This document shows positions 39,101-48,368 of a stretch of DNA of 64,000 bases, piece after piece (the stretch's first letter is position 1; every line of letters begins with the position of its first letter). Both the position numbers and the translations under genes were made by a program. The stretch is from a virus. Location: positions 36,651 through 100,650 of the IMG/VR virus record IMGVR_UViG_3300018428_005148; one strand, written 5' to 3'. The notes under the pieces are model-generated. The model had not been told where the DNA came from and ran no database searches. It was given only the letters and a program-made list of their open reading frames with translations.

Positions 39101-39594
39101 TGGTTGGCCGCGTTCATGATTGCGATGATCTGCTCACGGTAGTTTGAATTGGCGGAGTCATTCCATATAATCGTCTGGTTTGCAAGATTCACTCCCGCAG
39201 AGTCAAAGACATCTTGCGTTGTTGACACACTGTCCACTTTCAAAAGTCCTGTGGCCGGCTTGTTACGCTTTGCGTTGTAGTTGATTAGTCTTGCAAGACG
39301 CAAAACCGAATCACGCCTTTCCGCTGTCTCTAAAAAATTTTCTCTTGCGTTGAGGTCCACCCTGAACGAAAGGGCCTGGGCCACGTATGCTATCAGATCT
39401 ATCAGTGCGACGTATTCCGAACTCTCCGTGAAGTCATTGAAGTCATCAGGATAATTCTCTCTCAGATATGCCACCATGGTCCTACGAAGTGTCTCAAAAT
39501 CGTAAGACTTGAAATCTGCCTGCTTGAACGCTTGGTAAATTTTGCGCCAATCCTCGGCAACTAGCAATCTGTTTTGTCTATCTGTTGTGGCCAT
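36112..39594 (-). CDS. Baseplate wedge subunit, T4 gp6-like
   Basis: DFETLR...YL, ENFLETAERRDSVLRLARLINY, FGDG, ESNDSIR...QNRMITAEDY. Confidence 0.85.
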   Translation of the reverse strand: MATTDRQNRLLVAEDWRKIYQAFKQADFKSYDFETLRRTMVAYLRENYPDDFNDFTESSEYVALIDLIAYVAQALSFRVDLNARENFLETAERRDSVLRLARLINYNAKRNKPATGLLKVDSVSTTQDVFDSAGVNLANQTIIWNDSANSNYREQIIAIMNAANQTGQLFGKPRESSQIGGIDTEVYTLSSNQTDLPLFKFNKAVGGVARQFEIVPCKITGSESIYEGDPIPGTGLTYTYRSDGSGDSSNNTGFFFLFKQGNLQLSEFTVNTAVTNFVKSIEQIDINDSDVWLYKLDQFGQILEKWTKVPSLSGNNAIYNSLSNNERNIYNVVTKTDDAIDFVFGDGTFSNLPLGTFRTYFRVSDNEKFSIQPADLTNIQLAVPYSDANGAQQTITISLGLKSSVYNASATESNDSIREKAGQVYYSQNRMITAEDYQVVPLSASQEIVKIRSTNRSASGISRAKEILDPTGAYSNVNVFADDGIIYREESTQQFTFNFTNRSEIQSVIDTSVEAKLKEAYSRQFYYLKYAAKDLSSLTATWNSTTTSSNSNTGYVDQSGALVIGDFATSNLKYAKVGSLIKFTSPDTRKFKNGKLVTSSTENAEDRIWAKIGAVVGDGANGGNGNLENGSGPVTLANVVPGGAVLNAVIPNLTTSFPASLEADLLNRIEAYEEFGLRYDIDTETWKVITSSNLSSSAVFSLNNSGDTSGTNLDTSWWFKFSNDGSTYTVTYRKLDYIFESEAQNKFHYDSQEKIYDYKTGQTVKDTVKILKTNSIISTSNSIGYPLEWQVVDTVTESDGFQDNRKVKIGFYDRDDDGVVDNPELFDIYVEPTLSESTKFVFFEKYLSYDNIERYRPYAASNFVVTQNESDIDLNVTSYDNNQLFYFFDTSENVIKKYDSATNTLSTSTDYIARKGRSSISFQYKHNAGQETRIDPSVSNIIDIFMLERTYDNAYRVWLQDGGAKPTPSTSDQLRIAYSGILNPLKSLSDQIVYHPVKYKILFGNNADDELQATFKVVKNPKTNVTNAVIKTRVIQAINEFFALDNWDFGDTFYFTELAAYIHNRLAPDLLTAVIVPNQSGQSFGSLFQIDSAADEIFISGATVDDVSIITALGANQLEASGTVVTSTSTATSNTTTGSAVSGSTTSGSGSSSGSSGAGY

Positions 39595-39608
39595 ACTGTT
39601 TGTATGGA

Positions 39609-39616
39609 TATTTATA
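39609..39616 (-). promoter_or_regulatory. T4-type late promoter TATAAATA
   Basis: Exact match 14 nt upstream of the gp6-like ATG. Confidence 0.8.
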
Positions 39617-39636
39617 TGTTATATTAAGTGCGTACT

Positions 39637-40050
39637 TTAAGATAGACGCATAAGAGAGTCTTCGTCGAAATTGAAGCGTAATTTCTCTGTGATATTAAGA
39701 GGCACGTAAGTGATAGTGGCCTGTATTGATATTCCTCTATCTGCCTCCTGAACAATGATATCTTGCGTTGCAAGTCGTGGATCGGCGTTGAGATTGGCGG
39801 TAACATCCTCTAGGATTTGGTCCTTAAGGTCCTCTGTGAACGGCTCGTGTATGGCGTCATATATGATTGTACCAAACTCTGGGTTCTCCACACGCTCTCC
39901 CTTTCGCACGCTCAACCTGTTGATGAGGTCCTGCTTGGCCACCTCGAAATCATACAATTTGTAGTTCTGCCTGTCGGCCCTCGAACTGAAACCTTTGAAA
40001 ACAACCTTCCCGTTGCCTGATGCAGTGCTGTTGTTGTCTCCGTATGCCAT
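39637..40050 (-). CDS. Baseplate wedge subunit, gp25-like
   Basis: RKGERVENPEFGT, DPR; position between gp5-like and gp6-like genes. Confidence 0.85.
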   Translation of the reverse strand: MAYGDNNSTASGNGKVVFKGFSSRADRQNYKLYDFEVAKQDLINRLSVRKGERVENPEFGTIIYDAIHEPFTEDLKDQILEDVTANLNADPRLATQDIIVQEADRGISIQATITYVPLNITEKLRFNFDEDSLMRLS

Positions 40051-42674
40051 TAATGCAACCTCCTAAATTCAACGTCGACCTTGCTGTAATCGACTGCCCA
40101 ATACCCCGAATCTGTCATGTGCCTTGCCCATGGCACCTCCTGTGCCATGACACCGATGTATCTTCCTGGTATCTGATAGTATTTAAACGAATATATGTTT
40201 ATGCCCGACGGGGACCTTCCAACAAGCCTTATGTCCTCCTTCAGCCTGCGATCACTGAACTTGCTGAACACTCTGCTCACTGCCTTGCCCACTGTGCCAC
40301 CTCCCAGCAATTTAGGCAGAGCAAGTGCACCTATCTTGACCCCTATGCTGGCGAATCCGGTCACTGAACCTCCGCCCATTGCTATGTCTCTCGCTGTGGC
40401 TCCTCCTAGCCCTGCCAGGAAGCCTGATGCCTGTGCCTTCACTGCCGATAAGGCAGTTGATGTGACTGCTGACGTAACTTGGCCAGCAACCACATTTTTG
40501 AATACGTTAGTCGTTGTCTTGATATCCGTAAGACTTTTGATACTGCGGATGTCTACGGTTCCCGTGATCCCGGATATGTCTAGGCCGCCGATGTTGGTGG
40601 GCAGTCCCGATCTTTCATATATGGTGTTGCCAAACTTGTCCACGCCTATGGCCTTCTTCTTGGTGAGTGCGTTGAACGCCTTGTCGGCCGCGCTCTGCAC
40701 CACGTTGTTGCCAACGTCTGTGGCGAAGCCCTTGATGTCTCCTGCCAGTATCTTGCTGGTGTCACCTATCGTGAACAGTTCCCCCGCCTGGTTAACAAAA
40801 ACATTGTCTTTGAACAAAGCAGTGGCTTCTTTTCCTGTGAAATTATCTATGACTTGATTGGACAGTTGGTTAGCCAGGTTGCCTGCCACGTCTTTTGCTA
40901 GATTGTTCACGTCAAAATCTTTCAACTTGTTGCTTATGCTGAGAGCAGTGTCAAATGCTCCTTGGGCTTGATTCTGTATGTCGAACAATTTGTCGTATTC
41001 AGCACCGAAATCTTGAAGCAACTGTTTTGCCTTCGCTGAGTCAGTGGAAACACCCATCTTCTCTTTCAAATATCTTTCTGCGTCCGCCTGGTACTGTCCG
41101 AGCCTGACGCTTTCTATGGGGCTCAATCTGTTCTTTTGCTCCATGTACTCGTTTGTGCCCGGTGATGACGCCAACCTGAACCATTGCTTGACGTTGTCCG
41201 CGCCGTCGATCGGTAAGGCGCCTTCGGTGGTGAAACCTCTAAATCTTGCCATTGGCTCGTGCGTCACAAACCTATGCACAGTGGTCTTGGTTTTTTTCGT
41301 GCCTCTTTTCAGTATAGCCGGTGAATCTTTTTTGGCAGTCTCGACATCAAGTTCCTCTCTTTCGTTTATGCTGATTCCTGGGTAGTCCGGCTTCAACCAC
41401 TTAGGTCCCCATGTAGAACTCGCGCTGGTGGAGTTGAAGTGCACCTGTGAGCCCGCTAGGTGGAATACGCCCAGTGATCCGTGTAACTGTGTGCCCGGGG
41501 TGAACGAAGAAATTCCGTCCTTTGCGTAATCTCTGATACTGCCTTTCTGTGAACTGTTGAATATGCCTTTCTCCCCCATGGTCATCATGTAACTGCCTGC
41601 ACTCTGGATTATGTCATTGCTTGAGCTCATCCTGATCTGCCCGCCGGCGTGCATGTTGATGTTGGTGTCCGAGTGTAAGTTGAAGTCCCCTTGGCTCCTA
41701 AGGTTGATTCCTCCCACGCCCGAGAATACGTCTATTCTGCCTTCACGGTCCATCTCCAGCCATGCGTTTCCGCTCGCGTTAGAGATGTATATCACACCCG
41801 CGGTGTCGTGCATCAGTATCTGGTGTCCCGATGCGGACCTCATCCTTACCAATTGGTTAGTGCCGTTTGCCGCTCCATCATCCATGACGAAACTGTGTCC
41901 ATGATCCCTGTCCACTCTCACCGGCCGGTTATCCAATCCTATTCTCGGCTGTGCAGAATCTGACTTGATCCTGCCCGGCGTCGTTATACCGAACACTGCA
42001 CTCGGAGTCTCACGCCTTGCAGAACTGCTTGTGGTCCCACGTTCTGGATCCTGTATCAGTCCTTGCTTACGCAACTGCTCTGCAAGACGTTCATTGATCG
42101 GAAACTTCTGATCACGTACCCTGACACCCTCGTTGACAAGCCTGTTACGCTCTCCTGCAGGCAAAAAATCTGTACCGTACTGCTCCTGTTTGGTCTGGCT
42201 ATCATAATCTGTACTGCCGGCCCTGGGTGCTGTCTCTGTCCTGGCCGCGTGTCCTGGTATCTGTTGGTTTACCAAAGGCTCCTGCACACATCCGATCCAA
42301 AATGCGCTCATCCTGTTCTTGTCGCCTTTTGCGAAGATCACCAACACCGAGGTGTCTATGTCGGGCGGAACCGCCCACATGCCATAACTGGTCTGGCTGG
42401 TGTTGTAGTTGTATGGATCATCCTTGCCGATCGCCTTGGCTGGTTTTGCACCGTAGAACGGTGACAGGTACTGACACCAGGTTATCTGCTCGGGCTTGGG
42501 ACTGGTGGTTCCCGAAAGTGCGGGTATGTTCACACCCAACCTGCCCATCCTCTCTGGATCTTCCGTGAACTTGACCGTGCCAAGATACGGGCCCGGATCA
42601 GAGTCCAGGAACCTCTCATTGAAGTCTTTCTGGTTGTCGTGTGTGTCTGTGAAACCCCTTGAATCTTTGTACAT
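40050..42674 (-). CDS. Baseplate hub/spike, gp5/VgrG-like, with C-terminal peptidase S74-like chaperone
   Basis: OB-fold DPERMGRLGV, YGMWAVPPD, beta-helix GHSFVMDD...SGHQILM; C-terminal SDRRLKEDI...GVMAQEV...VDY. Confidence 0.8.
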   Translation of the reverse strand: MYKDSRGFTDTHDNQKDFNERFLDSDPGPYLGTVKFTEDPERMGRLGVNIPALSGTTSPKPEQITWCQYLSPFYGAKPAKAIGKDDPYNYNTSQTSYGMWAVPPDIDTSVLVIFAKGDKNRMSAFWIGCVQEPLVNQQIPGHAARTETAPRAGSTDYDSQTKQEQYGTDFLPAGERNRLVNEGVRVRDQKFPINERLAEQLRKQGLIQDPERGTTSSSARRETPSAVFGITTPGRIKSDSAQPRIGLDNRPVRVDRDHGHSFVMDDGAANGTNQLVRMRSASGHQILMHDTAGVIYISNASGNAWLEMDREGRIDVFSGVGGINLRSQGDFNLHSDTNINMHAGGQIRMSSSNDIIQSAGSYMMTMGEKGIFNSSQKGSIRDYAKDGISSFTPGTQLHGSLGVFHLAGSQVHFNSTSASSTWGPKWLKPDYPGISINEREELDVETAKKDSPAILKRGTKKTKTTVHRFVTHEPMARFRGFTTEGALPIDGADNVKQWFRLASSPGTNEYMEQKNRLSPIESVRLGQYQADAERYLKEKMGVSTDSAKAKQLLQDFGAEYDKLFDIQNQAQGAFDTALSISNKLKDFDVNNLAKDVAGNLANQLSNQVIDNFTGKEATALFKDNVFVNQAGELFTIGDTSKILAGDIKGFATDVGNNVVQSAADKAFNALTKKKAIGVDKFGNTIYERSGLPTNIGGLDISGITGTVDIRSIKSLTDIKTTTNVFKNVVAGQVTSAVTSTALSAVKAQASGFLAGLGGATARDIAMGGGSVTGFASIGVKIGALALPKLLGGGTVGKAVSRVFSKFSDRRLKEDIRLVGRSPSGINIYSFKYYQIPGRYIGVMAQEVPWARHMTDSGYWAVDYSKVDVEFRRLH

Positions 42675-42689
42675 ATCCTAATTTATCCT

Positions 42690-44930
42690 TTAACCAACGC
42701 CGGGAACATTACCATCAGCATCGTCAAGCCTCTCGTTCTGACTATATTCGTAGTTGATCCTTTCTCTATCTCTATCCTTTTGTGTCTTTTTCTGTTTTCC
42801 TAGGTAATCCGGGTTCTTGGCGCTACTGCTCAGCACAAGAGGAGCCTGTCCCGTGCCCTGCTGGTTGTTCATCCTCACACAGGTCAGCGTCTGAAGGAAC
42901 TGTCCATTGGTGAACTTGCTGTCAACTTTGACCACCTGGTACACCCCGTTGAAGAACAGGTTTTCATCCCTGTACCTACGCTTGCCTGAGAACATGGTGC
43001 CCTCCACCCTTTCGTCCAGGTCCGCCGGCAACCGGTACCTGAGGTTGATCATCGGCATGAACGAGTCGGCATTGAACGACCCATATTCTTCGCTGAAGTC
43101 TTGGCCTGTTTGGTCTATCACCTGCACCGTTAAATCTTTCGTCCTCTGCTGTAGAAGTGCGAACACATCCTGGCACAGGTATTGCGGGTCACCCAGTATG
43201 TCCAATTCAATCCTCATCATGTCGGCCTCTGGGTTGGTCAGGTAGTCAAAGAACTCCTGGGCACGGTTTCCTCCCGCCCTCAGGTTTTTCACTGTGGACC
43301 TGCCCTTTATGTTTGAAGGATATGACCTCAAGGGCAGAAGTGGTTCTGGATAGTCTTCTTTCCCGAACACCTGGTTCCAGGCATTCACTGCCCACTTGGG
43401 TACCACGCCCTTTTCGTTTTCTGTCTGGTCATCACCCCGCACGTTCCTCATGTAGTATGCCGACTTGTAGTTCAGCCTCAGTCCCTGCACGTCGACGTTG
43501 TCACCTGTGTACAGGTAGTCGTAGTTCTTCCTGACGAACCTGTGCCAACTGACCTTGCCTATGCTCATTCCTGCAGTCAGTATTTTCAAAACGTGTATCT
43601 TGTATGGTATGGCCTTGTACACCAGTGTCTTTGGGTGCATCTTGGTGACGGGATCGAGCCTGTCGGTATCCGTGAACACCGTGGTCTTGATTTTGAACCA
43701 TGGAATGAACTGGTGCCTAACGAGTAGGTCTGCCACCTCGCCCTCCCTGTCCTTGTTGGTCAAGAGATCTCTGATCTCGCTTGTCCTAGTTGCCTCGTCA
43801 TTGGAAAGTTTGTAGCCGGCCATGTGCAGGTATGCACGCCAAAAATCCTGCGTAAGATCAAAGAAGCCAGGTTGTGACCTGATCCAGTCCTCGAACGCCT
43901 TTGTGACTGTTGTGCCTGCGTCAATTGTCTGCGTCTGGTTTTTTACAATCGCTGAGTATTCTGACAGACCGAAATCTTGTGGATTTATGTATTGTATTCC
44001 CGAGGCTTGGTTTACAGTTGCCCCGGTATGTATGCTGTCTAGGTCGAAAGCGTATTTGAAAAGTTGCGAGTCGAACAATCTGAGGTCCACCTCGAACTGG
44101 TACTTGTCCCTGTATGCCCTTACTTTCTCTTCTATCTCCTGATCCATCTGATCATCGAGGCCTTTCTCCATGGAGGTCTTCCACTCATTGAACGTGCCAC
44201 CGGCCTCCACCTCGAACTGTGTACGCAAAACCTTGAACCTGTCATCGAATGGCATGTCGCTGTAGGGCACTGCCGTGACGTCATAAACCGCTCCTCCCTC
44301 GTTGATGTCAAAGTCCACCCTGACTATCAACACAGGTATCTTTCTGGTCTCAGCCAGGCCAGTCAACACAGGCTTTCCATTTTCGTCTGTGCCTTTGAAT
44401 TCTATGGTCAGTAGCAACGGAGCGTCCTGGTAGTCCAGGAATCCGCTGTTGAAAGTGGCGGCCCGGACCTTCTCCGTGAACGTGATGCCATATGGTTCGT
44501 GTATCTTGAATTCCATTTTGGTGAAGTTAGAGGTGTTACGCTCCGAGTTGGGGCCTACGGTTGACAGTATGTTGACGTCTTCAAAGAACACGTCATGGTG
44601 CCTCTCCAGCACGTCTATGCTGTCCCTGTACTGATCGAACTGGGCATCCAGTCTTTCCAATACCGCGTCCTGTGCCGGTCCCCTTACACGTTCTTTTACT
44701 CGATCTTTTTCCGCGATCCTGTAACCACTCCTGGCTCCGTCTGGTCCTATTCCGCCTGTCCTCGCCACCACGTCGTGCAATGGTGCCTTGAGGTAGGCGC
44801 CTGACTTGATCTCTTCTTCGGTAACGCCGCTCAGTGTGAAGATGGTGTTGTAGGTCGCGAACCTGTGCAGGGGGTTGGGTTTCTCAGCGGTCTTATCTAT
44901 AAAACCTTCGTGTATGTTTGGATAGGCCAT
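42690..44930 (-). CDS. Baseplate hub protein (gp27-like)
   Basis: NPLH, EPYG, LLTIEFKG, ILGDP, GVYQVVKVDSKFTNGQFLQTL; position upstream of the gp5-like gene. Confidence 0.65.
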   Translation of the reverse strand: MAYPNIHEGFIDKTAEKPNPLHRFATYNTIFTLSGVTEEEIKSGAYLKAPLHDVVARTGGIGPDGARSGYRIAEKDRVKERVRGPAQDAVLERLDAQFDQYRDSIDVLERHHDVFFEDVNILSTVGPNSERNTSNFTKMEFKIHEPYGITFTEKVRAATFNSGFLDYQDAPLLLTIEFKGTDENGKPVLTGLAETRKIPVLIVRVDFDINEGGAVYDVTAVPYSDMPFDDRFKVLRTQFEVEAGGTFNEWKTSMEKGLDDQMDQEIEEKVRAYRDKYQFEVDLRLFDSQLFKYAFDLDSIHTGATVNQASGIQYINPQDFGLSEYSAIVKNQTQTIDAGTTVTKAFEDWIRSQPGFFDLTQDFWRAYLHMAGYKLSNDEATRTSEIRDLLTNKDREGEVADLLVRHQFIPWFKIKTTVFTDTDRLDPVTKMHPKTLVYKAIPYKIHVLKILTAGMSIGKVSWHRFVRKNYDYLYTGDNVDVQGLRLNYKSAYYMRNVRGDDQTENEKGVVPKWAVNAWNQVFGKEDYPEPLLPLRSYPSNIKGRSTVKNLRAGGNRAQEFFDYLTNPEADMMRIELDILGDPQYLCQDVFALLQQRTKDLTVQVIDQTGQDFSEEYGSFNADSFMPMINLRYRLPADLDERVEGTMFSGKRRYRDENLFFNGVYQVVKVDSKFTNGQFLQTLTCVRMNNQQGTGQAPLVLSSSAKNPDYLGKQKKTQKDRDRERINYEYSQNERLDDADGNVPGVG

Positions 44931-44931
44931 T

Positions 44932-45231
44932 TTACAATCCTAGGTCACGGTTTACGTTGCTAGGCTTGGGCAACTGTATAGTCACGCCCGGCCTGAAATC
45001 GTATATGGGGTCCTCTATCTGGTCTGGGTTACGCTGTGCGAACACCCACCACAGCCTAGGCGTGCCGTACAAGTCATATGCCAGTAGGTCGGGCCTGTAT
45101 GCGTAGGTCCTCTCGATGGTGTAGCTCTGGTCATCCAACTCTGCAGTGATCACACGCGGCTGGAAAGCCTCAAGGTTGTCTTTGTTCTGGGTAGTGTTGA
45201 AATACGGTGAAGTGGATGAGTACTTGGCCAT
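44932..45231 (-). CDS. Baseplate wedge protein, gp53/LysM-like
   Basis: YRPDLLAYDLYGTPRLWWVFAQRN. Confidence 0.8.
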   Translation of the reverse strand: MAKYSSTSPYFNTTQNKDNLEAFQPRVITAELDDQSYTIERTYAYRPDLLAYDLYGTPRLWWVFAQRNPDQIEDPIYDFRPGVTIQLPKPSNVNRDLGL

Positions 45232-46067
45232 TATATGAATCCTATCTGATCTGCGCCCTTGCCATTCAACTCACCACGTGCGAAATCCGCCAGTGAGAAG
45301 TTCTTGATTGATTCCCTCGAGTAGACAGGTGTCAGTAGCACTGAAATGTTTGAAACTGTGGGTGCCCAGGTCTGGTCTATGCTGTTTGGATTGAATTGCT
45401 TACTTGCCGCCAGCTCTCGAGCGTCAGAACTCAGCCTTTGATACACGTCATCCTGTTTAGTGGATATGTAGTCTATGCCTTGTCTAAGTTCAACGTTGAA
45501 CGAGTTTACAACCACCGGGACCTTGTTGAACACATGGTCTCCAAAACCAGAAAGATGTAGTATCGGCGGAGGATTACCTTTGAGCGGCTGTTCCTTGCCA
45601 AAGAACATCTTGGTCACTGTACGCAAAAAATTTATTGTTGCCACCCAGTGAGCCGCGTCCTGTTGATTCTGCACCGGGAACTCTCCCAACACGTTGAACG
45701 AGTCCACCTGTGAATTCTGGTAGGCCTGGAATGGATAATTGCTGTGGGTCTGTGCCAATGGGTTATAGTTTGCCATGTGCTGTATCTGTACTACAGGCGT
45801 CAGAGGCCAGAAAATTCCACGTGACGGCACCAATGGTTCTAGAAGTTTGTTGTTCCGCATCAGGGCATCATACAATGCGTCAGCACCTGCCGGTATTGAC
45901 AACCTGACACGCCAGTCTACCTTGTCCTGCCTACCGCTCCACTTCGCACGTGCCTTCAGCACCCTGGAATCGACAGACACGCCTGACTTGGTAAGTCTAG
46001 ACAGCGTGCCGCCCAGTATGCCTTGGCCCACGTTCTTTGCTATGTTTCCAATTGCTTTTAACACCAT
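45231..46067 (-). CDS. Baseplate tail-tube initiator (gp48/gp54-like)
   Basis: THSNYP, FLRTVTKMFFG, GNPPPILHLSGFG, VPVVV. Confidence 0.65.
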   Translation of the reverse strand: MVLKAIGNIAKNVGQGILGGTLSRLTKSGVSVDSRVLKARAKWSGRQDKVDWRVRLSIPAGADALYDALMRNNKLLEPLVPSRGIFWPLTPVVQIQHMANYNPLAQTHSNYPFQAYQNSQVDSFNVLGEFPVQNQQDAAHWVATINFLRTVTKMFFGKEQPLKGNPPPILHLSGFGDHVFNKVPVVVNSFNVELRQGIDYISTKQDDVYQRLSSDARELAASKQFNPNSIDQTWAPTVSNISVLLTPVYSRESIKNFSLADFARGELNGKGADQIGFI

Positions 46068-46076
46068 AATTTACGG

Positions 46077-46105
46077 TTGCTTTTCCTAGTAAAATTTCGT
46101 ATACT
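46077..46105 (+). promoter_or_regulatory. Sigma70-type promoter for gp55-gp47-gp46
   Basis: TTGCTT-17 nt-TATACT. Confidence 0.7.
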
Positions 46106-46112
46106 TTAACTA

Positions 46113-46120
46113 TATTTATA
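46113..46120 (-). promoter_or_regulatory. T4-type late promoter TATAAATA for the baseplate operon
   Basis: Exact match 45 nt upstream of ATG 46067. Confidence 0.8.
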
Positions 46121-46210
46121 GGCACAATTCTAGGCGCACTTAATAACCCATACGGCACGATTCAACAGACCTGTTTGTGGTCATTTTTCACGAATAATAA
46201 CTGGAGAAAC

Positions 46211-47191
46211 ATGAAGAGAGTAAAATATCTTAACAACCGAGATCTGTTGGCACAGATACACGCCAGCAAGAACACCTACTGCTCGTACGTGGCGCCCGAG
46301 GACGCACAGTACGACTTGATTGTGCCGAACCTCAGCAAGATCAACATCAGGACCATATCCGAGGCACGCAAGGCCAAGGCCAAGAGGCTGACACAGGAGG
46401 CGTGGGAGCAGGCCAAGGCCGAGGGCAAGAAGAAGATCAAACTGATGGACTACACAGTGAGTCCTAGGAAGATCGAGAAGACAGACCTGGTGTTCCGTGT
46501 GATGACCTTTGACCACGTGCCAATGGACGACACACGTAAGAAGAATCCCAAGCAAATTTCAGATCACCACACCAAGGTCAACTTCCCGCCTTTCCAGCAC
46601 TACAGGTTGGACAAGAAGGGCAAGCCTGTGTGTGTGGGCAAATCACACTGGGTTGGCGGAATGGACAACGGCTACTTCTCCACAGACCATGGCAAGATGA
46701 CCAACCAACTGGCACTGATGTACATGAAGTTGTGCGAACGTTATGGAACGAGGGCCAACTGGAGAGGTTACACATACAATGACGAGATGCAGTCACAGGC
46801 CTTGATGCAGTTGAGCCAGATAGGATTGCAGTTTGACGAATCCAAGTCAGACAACCCATTCGCCTACTACACCGCGGCAATCACAAACAGTTTCACAAGG
46901 ATCCTCAACATCGAAAAGAAAAACCAAGCGATCAGGGATGACCTTTTGGAGTTCAACGGCATGATGCCAAGTTTCACGAGACAGAACGAGAACGAGACTA
47001 CCACCGTAAGTTACAAAAAGAGAATGAAAACCGCACATGGTGAGGTTCGAATCGTGAACAAGACGGGCATAGCAAAATTAAATAAAAAGTTGAAGAAGAC
47101 AGGCAAAATAGAATCTGACGATTTCCAAGAGGTCAACTACAAGAAGGTAGACATGACCAACCACAAACCGATCGTGAAAAAGAAATGGTAA
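46211..47191 (+). CDS. gp55: Late-transcription sigma factor, gp55-like
   Basis: YLNNRDLL, NWRGYTYNDEM, FDESKSDNPFAYYT; upstream of gp47. Start at ATG 46211 with a GGAG RBS. Confidence 0.85.
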   Translation: MKRVKYLNNRDLLAQIHASKNTYCSYVAPEDAQYDLIVPNLSKINIRTISEARKAKAKRLTQEAWEQAKAEGKKKIKLMDYTVSPRKIEKTDLVFRVMTFDHVPMDDTRKKNPKQISDHHTKVNFPPFQHYRLDKKGKPVCVGKSHWVGGMDNGYFSTDHGKMTNQLALMYMKLCERYGTRANWRGYTYNDEMQSQALMQLSQIGLQFDESKSDNPFAYYTAAITNSFTRILNIEKKNQAIRDDLLEFNGMMPSFTRQNENETTTVSYKKRMKTAHGEVRIVNKTGIAKLNKKLKKTGKIESDDFQEVNYKKVDMTNHKPIVKKKW

Positions 47192-47194
47192 CAG

Positions 47195-48217
47195 ATGGCA
47201 TTCTTTAAAAAAGTCGCTTGTTTCACTGACATACACTTTGGCCTAAAAGGCAACAGCCGTGTACACAACGACGACTGTGAAGAATTCGTGTACTGGTTCA
47301 TCGAGCAGGCCAAGGCACACGGGTGTGAGACATGCATATTCCTGGGCGACTGGCACCACCACAGGTCGGCAACCAACGTTTCAACTATGAACTACACTGT
47401 GTCAAACATGGAGAGACTGGGCAGAGCATTTGAAAAGGTGTACGTGATAATGGGCAATCATGATCTGTACTACAGAGACAAGAGAGAAATCAATTCAATG
47501 GAATACATCAGAAACATACCCAACATACACATAGTGAATGAATGGTTGGTGGAAGATGACGTGGCCATAATTCCATGGGTGGTGGGCGATGAATGGAAAG
47601 TGATACAGAAGATGACACAGAAGTATGTGTTCGGACACTTCGAACTGCCGTACTTCAAGATGAACGCAATGGTGGAGATGCCGGACACGGGCACCATACA
47701 GGCAGATCACTTCGCTGGCTGTGGTGAGGTTTTCTCAGGACACTTCCACAAGAGGCAATACATGAAGAACGTCACATACATGGGCAACGCCTTCCCACAC
47801 AACTACGCAGATGCGGGTGACGATGAGCGTGGCATGATGATAATCGAATACGGCGAGAAACCAAAATTCATTAACTGGCCGGACATGCCTAGGTACAGAA
47901 CAATAAAAATAAGTGAACTACTGCAAGATCCAGACCAACACCTGAAACCAAAGATGTATGTGAGGGTCACACTGGACATCAAGATCAGTTACGAGGAGGC
48001 CAACTTCATACGTGAGACCTTCGTGGACAAGTATGAATTGAGAGAACTGCAACTGATACCAGAACAGATCGACCAGGCACAACAGCCAATGGTGGAGGTG
48101 CAGAAGTTCGACAGCGTGGACCAGATCGTGATCAAGCAACTGCAAGGCGTTGATTCCGAGGTTTACGACAAAAAAATATTAACAGCGATTTACAACGATC
48201 TAGATGTCGAGAATTAG
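47195..48217 (+). CDS. gp47: Recombination endonuclease subunit (Mre11/SbcD-like)
   Basis: DIHFG, LGDWHH, GNHD, GHFE, SGHFH. Confidence 0.92.
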   Translation: MAFFKKVACFTDIHFGLKGNSRVHNDDCEEFVYWFIEQAKAHGCETCIFLGDWHHHRSATNVSTMNYTVSNMERLGRAFEKVYVIMGNHDLYYRDKREINSMEYIRNIPNIHIVNEWLVEDDVAIIPWVVGDEWKVIQKMTQKYVFGHFELPYFKMNAMVEMPDTGTIQADHFAGCGEVFSGHFHKRQYMKNVTYMGNAFPHNYADAGDDERGMMIIEYGEKPKFINWPDMPRYRTIKISELLQDPDQHLKPKMYVRVTLDIKISYEEANFIRETFVDKYELRELQLIPEQIDQAQQPMVEVQKFDSVDQIVIKQLQGVDSEVYDKKILTAIYNDLDVEN

Positions 48218-48368
48218 TAAAAAGAAACTGATAAAGGCTTTAAGGGGCGAACTTGAACAAAAAGTGACCCGACAATCATTGCTGGATGAACTGGCAAAAC
48301 CTGTAACACAGGAAGAATGGCTGAGAGGCTACAACGAATGGAAGAAGAAACAACTTGCTAACGATTAA
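48204..48368 (+). CDS. Small hypothetical protein (54 aa) between gp47 and gp46
   Basis: Hand-translated: MSRISKKKLIKALRGELEQKVTRQSLLDELAKPVTQEEWLRGYNEWKKKQLAND. Overlaps both neighbours. Confidence 0.6.
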   Translation: MSRISKKKLIKALRGELEQKVTRQSLLDELAKPVTQEEWLRGYNEWKKKQLAND

